From Patescibacteria group bacterium (GTDB lineage: Bacteria; Patescibacteriota; Saccharimonadia; Saccharimonadales; JAZKJC01): a DNA stretch of 64,000 bases. The stretch spans positions 18,049 through 82,048 of the forward strand of contig JAZKJC010000008.1 of NCBI GenBank assembly GCA_040384565.1. The letters are read 5' to 3'. Shown here piece after piece: positions 56,982 to 64,000 of this stretch. A program made the translations under genes and the position numbers. How positions within the stretch are numbered: the first letter of the stretch is position 1; each line of letters begins with the position of its first letter. Under the pieces are notes generated by a model. The model was not told the origin of the DNA, ran no database searches, and saw only the letters and a program-made list of their open reading frames with translations.

Positions 56982-59900
56982 ATGGGAGTTCTTGCTATAG
57001 GCCGTAAACGGTTATTAATCGTTGCGGTTGTTTTGTTATGTTTATTCAGCATACCTAGTGTTTTTGGTGAGCATGGCGGGCCGCCAAAAGCGGACTTAGA
57101 CCAAGCACACAATGGTTCAGCTGCCTCTCCAGACTCGCCGGTTGACTGGGTAAACGGCAATGCAAATGAAAATAATTCTCACTACATTGAGGGGTATTCC
57201 ATTCCTTATCGTCTGATATTTTCAAACTTATCAGTTGGGGAACATACCGTAATTATAGAGTGGGACATCAAGCATAGCGGCGCGCATGCCATTGACTACA
57301 TTACGTCTTATGATCGCCTGGAGCCGCATGCTCCGTTTGGCCATGGTGCCGAGGGCATTAACCCAATTGAAGGAACTACCGCTACTGGAACACCTGATAC
57401 TTTTCCCATTCCGGTTCCAAGTAGTACTGGGAGTCCGGTTCCTGATCAGCCAACTACTGATTTTAATACTTTACAAGATAGTGAGCGCCAGATGACGCTT
57501 TGGAACGGCACAATTACCGACATGGAATATGTTGCAGAAGGCGATCTTAACGAAGAAAATTCATCAACCAGGATGTCAATTGCTTTCACTGTTACCGAAC
57601 CTCATGATGACGCTGTCTTAGCCTGGGGCGGTCATATTGGCACCGCGGAAGTTTGGGGAGATGGCAACTCGGCCGGTGGCATTAGTGGCTCGCCATACCA
57701 TACTCGCTTGATCTCCCTTGATGGGGTAGGCGGCAATCAAGACCGCTCGCTATCTGCTGCGGCTGTTATACCAGCACCACAAGGTTCAATTACACTTGAT
57801 AAGGTTACCGTTCCTTCGGCTGACGCCCAGAGTTTCGGATTTACAACTAGTGGTTTACCTGCTCCAACCAGTCCATCACTTACTGACGCGGCCACACCAA
57901 TTGTTTGGTCTGCACTTGAGGATGGCACGTACACCATTACAGAAAATGTTCCTGGTGATTGGGACTTAACAAGCAAGAACTGTACCGGAGCAACGCAGGG
58001 TACGACCATTACTCCTACAGCTTCTGGCCTTAATATAAGCCTAGCGAATGGCGATCAGTTGGTTTGTACTTTTACTAATACTAAACGCGCGCATATTATT
58101 GTCGATAAAGTTACGCAGCCCAGTGGTGACCAGCAAAGCTTTGGATTTACCACTACTGGTGCAGGTTACACTGGCTTCTCACTGACCGACTCGGCCGCTT
58201 CAAATAATCAGTCTGTTGTGCCAGGAAATTACACGGTCGCAGAAACAGCCGTTGATGGTTGGACTCAAGTCAGCGCAACATGTGATGGTCAGCAATCCCC
58301 AAATTCGATTACCGTAACGGCCGGCCAAACGGTTACTTGCACGTTTACAAATAGCAAACTTCCGAGATTGACGCTTGTAAAAACTGTTACGAATGATAAC
58401 GGTGGTACCTCGCTACCGGGCGCTTGGACGCTGACAGCAACAGGACCTACACCTTTGTCTGGCGTCACTGGTACTGCGGCGGTTACAAATGCTGCGGTTA
58501 GCGCAGGCGAGTACAACTTGGGCGAGACTGGTGAGCCAGCCGGCTACACAGCCGGTACATATTCATGTGCTAACAACAGTGGCAACCCAGTGGTAAGCAA
58601 TACTATTACACTAGCTCCTGGCGACAATGCCACTTGTACTATAAATAATAACGACAATGCCCCAGGTTTAACTCTTGTAAAAGTTGTGACTAATGACAAC
58701 GGTGGTGGTGCTACCGAGAATCAATGGACGTTAACCGCTACCGGTCCAACTGGTTTTAGCGGTGCGGGACCCTCAGTATCAAATGGTGCTTCATTTGATA
58801 CAGGCAGCTACGACTTATCTGAATCTGGACCTAGTAGCTACACGGCCAGCAGTTGGGTATGTGTCGGCGGAACGCAAGATGATAGTGACACCGTCAGAGT
58901 AAGTTTGGGACAATCTGCTATTTGTACAATTACAAACAACGATAATGCTCCATCCTTAACTCTCGTAAAAGTGGTGGTGAACGATAACGGCGGTACCGCG
59001 CTAGAAAATGCCTGGACGTTAACCGCTACCGGGCCAGCTGGTTTTAGTGGCGCTGGACCCTCAGTACCCAACGGCACTTCATTTGATGCCGGTTCGTATG
59101 ATCTAAGCGAAACTGGGCCAGCTGGTTATACAGCTAGTGATTGGGTGTGTGTTGGCGGTACACAAAATGACGGAGATACCGTAACAGTAGGCCTTGGCCA
59201 ATCAGCCACTTGTACTATTACAAACAATGACAATGTTCCAACATTGATTCTCAATAAAGTCGTCGTCAATGATAATGGCGGCAGCGCAACCGAGAGCCAG
59301 TGGACTCTGAATGCGCTAGCCGGTCCAACACCATTCTCGGGCCCGGGAGCAGTAGGTGACACAGATGTTACAAGCAATGCAGCCTTTGATGCTGGTACCT
59401 ATTCATTGACAGAAACAGGCGGGCCAGCCGGTTATACAGCGAGTGCTTGGACCTGCGTTGGCGGAAATCAAAATGGAGCCAACATTACTGTCGGCTTGGG
59501 ACAAACCGCCACCTGTACCATTACAAATAATGACCAACAAGCTTCTATAACTGTCGTTAAGGTAGTTACAAACGACAACGGCGGTTCAGCTTTGCCAAAT
59601 GACTTCAATCTTACCCTAGAAAGTAATCCTGTCACGTCCGGCATAACAGTACCCGTTAACCCCGGAACATACACAGCAGGTGAGACAAATCTGCCTGGCT
59701 ATACATTTGAGGGCTTCAGTGGTGATTGTGACCAAAATGGCGACACAACCGTTGCGTTGGGCGAGACCAAAACTTGCACGCTGACCAACAATGACCGACA
59801 GGCGTTCCTGATAGTGAACAAAACCGTCATCAATGACAATGGCGGTACCGCTGGACCAAACGACTTCTTGTTGACTGTTGATAATACTTCCGTCTTAGAT

Positions 59901-62474
59901 GAAGTTGCCGTCCCTGTTAACCCAGGTGTACATACAGCCGGGGAGACGCTACTGACTGGCTACACAGCTGGTCCGTGGGGAGGCGATTGTAATGTAAATG
60001 CAAGTGTGACTGTAGCGCTTGGTGAAACCAAGACATGTACCATTACGAATAATGACACCACAGGCACGCTTACGATTGTGAAAAATACCGTAGGTGGTGA
60101 CGGGCAATTTAACTTTACTGTTACCGGCCCGACTGCTTCAACACCGAGTATCACAACAGCTGCCGGTACTGGTTCAAACGGCCCAACCAATGTAAATGCC
60201 GGCACGTACTCAGTAGCAGAAACCATTCCTGATGGCTGGACGCTGAATTCTGGCACATGTAATGACGGTACTTCCGTGTTTGATGTGGCTACTGTCGCTA
60301 ACATCCAAGTTTCGCTAGGCGAAAACGTCATTTGTACATTCACTAATACCAAAAGGCCGAAACTCACCGTTGTGAAAGTAACGGTTCCTGCCGATGATGA
60401 TGGTAACTTCAATCTGCTCATTAACGGTACCGAACACGCCACAGATGTCGGCGATGGCGGTACAACCGGAGCGCAGTTTGCAGTCATCGGCGCAAATACG
60501 TTTGCAGAAGCAGCCGGAACAAACACTAACTTAGCTGACTATACAAGTGTCGTATCTGGTGATGGCTGCGGTGGTACAGCTACAGCTGGCACCATTACAC
60601 TGGCGGCTGGCGATGACAAAACCTGTACTATCACGAACACCCGAAAAGGTCGCATCATTGTAAATAAAGTAACCGATCCTGCTGGCGATCCACAGAGCTT
60701 CGACTTTACGGCCGGTGGTACTGGCTATAACAACTTTTCGTTAACTGACGCTGCAGCTCCAAACAACCAACAGGTCGTACCAGGCTTGTACACTGTGACC
60801 GAGACAGTACCGGCTGGTTGGGACCAAACTTCTGCAACTTGTGACAGCGATGAAGCACCCGGTAGCATAGACGTTGGACCTGGCGAAACAGTTACCTGCA
60901 CATTTACGAACCAGAAAGATGCCAATATCGTGGTCATCAAACAGACTATTCCGGCTGGTGACCTAACCCTATTTACCTTTGTGGCTAACTACGACAACGA
61001 TGGCTTCAGCCTAAGTGACGGGCAGTCTAATGATTCAGGCGACCTCAATCCAGGCGCCTACTCGGTCAGCGAAACTGTACCGGTTGGTTGGGTTCTAGAT
61101 AGTGCTACTTGCAGCAATCAACAAAACCCAGGCTCACTTACTCTGGCAGCTGGGCAAACTATCACCTGTACCTTTACGAATGGTAGGCTTCCAAAGCTCA
61201 CACTTGTAAAAAATGTTACGAATAATAATGGCGGTACGCTTGGCGTGAGTGATTTCCCGCTGTTCGTAGACGCACAATCAGTGACCAGTGGTCAAGCAAA
61301 TACCTTTGCACCAGGCAACTACACAGCTTCTGAAACAAACCATCCGGACTACACCGCCAGTGTCTGGGGCGGAGCGTGTGCAGCAACTGGAACAGTAACA
61401 TTAGCATTCGGTGATGATAAGACTTGTACTATCACCAACAACGACACCGCGCCTCAACTTCATTTACGCAAGGTTATAGTCAATGACAATGGTGGCGCAG
61501 CAACTGTTGCTGACTTCACACTGACCGCAAATGGTACTGGCTCTAACGACCTATCTGGTACAAGCCCTGTAGATTCCGGCCCTGGCTTAATTGCAGATAC
61601 ATTTGCCTTAAGTGAAACCGGTCCAGCCGGCTACACGGCATCAGCCTGGGTCTGCGTTGGCGGGACACAAAATGGCGCGAATATTACCGTTGGCATTAAC
61701 CAATCAGCTACTTGTACTATTACTAACAATGACATTGCGCCGCGGCTGATCGTCATCAAAACTGTCATCAACGACAACGGTGGCACACGAGTAGCTGGCG
61801 ACTTCACTATGCTTGTTACTGCTACCGAACCGTCTGATGATAACTTCCCAGGCAACGCGGCCGGCACAACCATTACGTTGGACGTTGGAGCCTACAGTGT
61901 TGACGAGCAAGACGCGCTTGGTTACATAAAAACGTTGGGTACAGACTGCGTGGGTACAATCGCCATCGGTGAAACTAAAACCTGTACCATCACCAACAAT
62001 GACCCCGTACCGCCAATTACCCGTACCATTGGCTTCTGGCAAACCCATCTGGCCCTTGCCACTCAGGTTTTTGAAGCCAATCAACAAAACAATTACTGGT
62101 TCATTTGTGGACCCCGCACTATTGAAACCATTGGCGAGCTAGAAGGTGGCCTCTGGGCAAATGTCGCCAAAACGACCACAAATGCCAAGCGCAGCAAGCT
62201 AAATCAAGCCCGCATGCAAATGATGCAGCAACTACTTGGCGCCATGCTCAACAAAGCAGCCTTTGAAACTGATGATGGTGACTTGATAGCCGCAGCCAAA
62301 ACAGCCTATTGCACGGAAGACACCGCCCAAATACTATCACTCGCCGGCCAACTTGACACCTTCAATAACAGTGGTGACGACACGCCACTACCCACAGGAG
62401 TAAATACCGCCTCAGCCACACCAAAGACCGCCAAAGACGTCGCCACAGAAGAAGCCTGGGACACATTACCTTAG
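56982..62474 (+). CDS. Large secreted/surface protein with about 15 disulfide-closed Ig/prealbumin-like repeats
   Basis: Signal peptide, RBS AGGAGG; repeats L..VK.V.NDNGG...Y...E...W.C...CT(I/F)TN. Confidence 0.88.
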   Translation: MGVLAIGRKRLLIVAVVLLCLFSIPSVFGEHGGPPKADLDQAHNGSAASPDSPVDWVNGNANENNSHYIEGYSIPYRLIFSNLSVGEHTVIIEWDIKHSGAHAIDYITSYDRLEPHAPFGHGAEGINPIEGTTATGTPDTFPIPVPSSTGSPVPDQPTTDFNTLQDSERQMTLWNGTITDMEYVAEGDLNEENSSTRMSIAFTVTEPHDDAVLAWGGHIGTAEVWGDGNSAGGISGSPYHTRLISLDGVGGNQDRSLSAAAVIPAPQGSITLDKVTVPSADAQSFGFTTSGLPAPTSPSLTDAATPIVWSALEDGTYTITENVPGDWDLTSKNCTGATQGTTITPTASGLNISLANGDQLVCTFTNTKRAHIIVDKVTQPSGDQQSFGFTTTGAGYTGFSLTDSAASNNQSVVPGNYTVAETAVDGWTQVSATCDGQQSPNSITVTAGQTVTCTFTNSKLPRLTLVKTVTNDNGGTSLPGAWTLTATGPTPLSGVTGTAAVTNAAVSAGEYNLGETGEPAGYTAGTYSCANNSGNPVVSNTITLAPGDNATCTINNNDNAPGLTLVKVVTNDNGGGATENQWTLTATGPTGFSGAGPSVSNGASFDTGSYDLSESGPSSYTASSWVCVGGTQDDSDTVRVSLGQSAICTITNNDNAPSLTLVKVVVNDNGGTALENAWTLTATGPAGFSGAGPSVPNGTSFDAGSYDLSETGPAGYTASDWVCVGGTQNDGDTVTVGLGQSATCTITNNDNVPTLILNKVVVNDNGGSATESQWTLNALAGPTPFSGPGAVGDTDVTSNAAFDAGTYSLTETGGPAGYTASAWTCVGGNQNGANITVGLGQTATCTITNNDQQASITVVKVVTNDNGGSALPNDFNLTLESNPVTSGITVPVNPGTYTAGETNLPGYTFEGFSGDCDQNGDTTVALGETKTCTLTNNDRQAFLIVNKTVINDNGGTAGPNDFLLTVDNTSVLDEVAVPVNPGVHTAGETLLTGYTAGPWGGDCNVNASVTVALGETKTCTITNNDTTGTLTIVKNTVGGDGQFNFTVTGPTASTPSITTAAGTGSNGPTNVNAGTYSVAETIPDGWTLNSGTCNDGTSVFDVATVANIQVSLGENVICTFTNTKRPKLTVVKVTVPADDDGNFNLLINGTEHATDVGDGGTTGAQFAVIGANTFAEAAGTNTNLADYTSVVSGDGCGGTATAGTITLAAGDDKTCTITNTRKGRIIVNKVTDPAGDPQSFDFTAGGTGYNNFSLTDAAAPNNQQVVPGLYTVTETVPAGWDQTSATCDSDEAPGSIDVGPGETVTCTFTNQKDANIVVIKQTIPAGDLTLFTFVANYDNDGFSLSDGQSNDSGDLNPGAYSVSETVPVGWVLDSATCSNQQNPGSLTLAAGQTITCTFTNGRLPKLTLVKNVTNNNGGTLGVSDFPLFVDAQSVTSGQANTFAPGNYTASETNHPDYTASVWGGACAATGTVTLAFGDDKTCTITNNDTAPQLHLRKVIVNDNGGAATVADFTLTANGTGSNDLSGTSPVDSGPGLIADTFALSETGPAGYTASAWVCVGGTQNGANITVGINQSATCTITNNDIAPRLIVIKTVINDNGGTRVAGDFTMLVTATEPSDDNFPGNAAGTTITLDVGAYSVDEQDALGYIKTLGTDCVGTIAIGETKTCTITNNDPVPPITRTIGFWQTHLALATQVFEANQQNNYWFICGPRTIETIGELEGGLWANVAKTTTNAKRSKLNQARMQMMQQLLGAMLNKAAFETDDGDLIAAAKTAYCTEDTAQILSLAGQLDTFNNSGDDTPLPTGVNTASATPKTAKDVATEEAWDTLP

Positions 62475-62547
62475 TCATTGTTCGTAACTTCAAGACTATA
62501 ACAGCCTGAATCTCAAAACCCCACCAAATAAGCGCTATACTTAATTA

Positions 62548-63153
62548 ATGATTATTGACTTATCAGTGGCGATAAATTTGCAGACACCGGTATATCCTGG
62601 CGACCCAGCGACAAAGATCGAGCCTGCAGGAGTCTTGAGTAGGGATGGTTATTGTGATCACTATATTTCACCAGGAACTCACGTTGGAACGCACATTGAC
62701 GCCCCTATGCACATGATTGAGGGCGGTATATCTCTGGATCAAATACCTGCGGACAACTTCATAGGCCAAGGCCGCTATATTGGCGTTACTAACGGAAATT
62801 TAATGGCGATACAAGACGCACATATCGAGCATGGGGATATCGTATTGTTAGATACTGGCATGAATGAAAAGTATCATGATCCTGTTTATTTTTCAGACTA
62901 CCCGGCAATGTCCGAAGAAACAGCCCATTATCTTGTTAAGAAGAAAGTCAAGATGGTCGGGCTTGATGCCTGCAGCGTAGATAACATAGAGGGCTTTCCG
63001 ATCCACAAAATCCTGTTAGCAGGTAACGTTCTCATTATTGAGAATCTGACAAACTTACGCACTCTTGCGGGCAAACAGTTTAAAGTCTACGCCTTGCCAT
63101 TAAACCTAGAACTTGATGCCTCCCCGGCCAGAGTAATCGCAGAAACTACCTAG
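62548..63153 (+). CDS. Cyclase family metal-dependent hydrolase (kynurenine formamidase-like)
   Basis: IDLS, YPGDP, HVGTHIDAP, IIENL, ASPARVIA. Confidence 0.92.
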   Translation: MIIDLSVAINLQTPVYPGDPATKIEPAGVLSRDGYCDHYISPGTHVGTHIDAPMHMIEGGISLDQIPADNFIGQGRYIGVTNGNLMAIQDAHIEHGDIVLLDTGMNEKYHDPVYFSDYPAMSEETAHYLVKKKVKMVGLDACSVDNIEGFPIHKILLAGNVLIIENLTNLRTLAGKQFKVYALPLNLELDASPARVIAETT

Positions 63154-63545
63154 TCGACTACAATTACTGCGCCTAGCATAGTAGGGTGGGGATTGCAGTG
63201 GTATTGGAAAGTGCCGGTTTGATCAAAAACTTTCTCATAGGTGCCATTTTTGCCAATGGCTTCGCTATCTATAAAATTGCCTTCGTCACCTGTAATAGTG
63301 TGCTTGGCAGAATCTTTGTTTGTCCAGGTAACTTTGGTGTCTTTTTTGACTTTAATAATTTCTTGCTTAAACGCGTAGCCAGACAGGTCTACGCTAACCG
63401 CGCTGCTGGAATCAACCGCCATTGAGGATACAGCTTGCGCGACTTTTTCCTGGAACTGACCCTTTTCCTTAGAATTACGTATAAATAAAAAGCCAGCGCC
63501 CGTGATTACCACGAGCGCTAAGATTAGCAAGGCTTTTTTGTTCAT
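63150..63545 (-). CDS. Plastocyanin/azurin-type cupredoxin
   Basis: VTWTNKDSAKHT, YHCNPHPTM copper ligands. Confidence 0.9.
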   Translation of the reverse strand: MNKKALLILALVVITGAGFLFIRNSKEKGQFQEKVAQAVSSMAVDSSSAVSVDLSGYAFKQEIIKVKKDTKVTWTNKDSAKHTITGDEGNFIDSEAIGKNGTYEKVFDQTGTFQYHCNPHPTMLGAVIVVD

Positions 63546-63582
63546 AAACAACCTACTACTTTGGCGCATTTTGCCCGAAAAT

Positions 63583-63634
63583 CTGCGCTTCGGTGCTCAT
63601 GTACCAATAAGTACACTACGCTCCAATGCTCGCC
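63583..63634. repeat. REP/MITE-like palindromic element
   Basis: CTGCGCTTCGGTGCTCATGTAC-caataa-GTACACTACGCTCC; TGTAC/GTACA inner stem. Confidence 0.5.
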
Positions 63635-63679
63635 TATCGACCAAACTGCACTCAAACGAGTAGATTGTAACATCGATCT

Positions 63680-64000
63680 TTAAGCTTCGGTGGCTTTCAT
63701 ACCAAAACCAGCGTAAAGCGCAACGGCAGTAATGACTAGGTGAAGTAGGTTATCTGCCATGTTAACACCGATTAGGCCAAGCACTGTGTCGCCTTGGATA
63801 AATCCAACTACGGTTACAACGGCGTAAACGATACCGAAAACCTGGAAGTAGGTTCGAGCACCCTTAGGACCACTTGCAGCCAGTGCAAAGGCAGCAACAC
63901 CAGATGCAATGTGAATGATATTGTGCAAAGTGCTGACATCAAATATTCCGAGCAGTTTTCCGTCACTGGTTACACCTGGCACAAAACCAAGCACGCCAAT
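63680..64000 (-). CDS. DUF4383 membrane protein (5' end off window)
   Basis: LLGIF.V..LHNIIH..SG, ADNLLH. Confidence 0.85.
   Translation of the reverse strand: MGVLGFVPGVTSDGKLLGIFDVSTLHNIIHIASGVAAFALAASGPKGARTYFQVFGIVYAVVTVVGFIQGDTVLGLIGVNMADNLLHLVITAVALYAGFGMKATEA

Overview
Bacterial chromosome segment (about 44% GC by eye). The gene style suggests a Patescibacteria/CPR organism, probably Saccharibacteria; this is inferred from short delta subunit, leaderless-looking starts, CPR-type palindromes and a PaaX/Cas2-like orphan. 1-5.8 kb holds the F-type ATP synthase operon (atpZ/I-B-E-F-H-A-[2 inserted ORFs]-G) on the minus strand. 5.9-19 kb is mixed housekeeping and hypothetical genes ending in smpB and tRNA-Asn(GTT). 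Downstream of the tRNA lies a composite integration hotspot. It contains a 12.6 kb serine-recombinase element (22478-35122, 9-bp direct repeat GGGAGCCAA) whose att site lies inside the recombinase 3' end, so excision would swap the enzyme's C-terminal tail. That element is followed by a tandem series of small cassettes, each ending in an att half-site that encodes an orphan recombinase tail (WL[T/S]TIEEVIT...). Cargo includes an attenuator-controlled PheRS-paralog/threonine aldolase/YbaK operon beside a D-amino-acid oxidase/Ldh_2 pair, and a CdiA-like nuclease followed by two promoter-bearing small RNA hairpins. Other highlights are a PaaX/Cas2-like gene bracketed by two covarying perfect palindromes, a divergent TS/GCH-II/OMPDC/GMK nucleotide cluster, and a 1830-aa repeat surface protein. 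No CRISPR array or rRNA was seen. All calls are from reading motifs by eye; no database searches were run.
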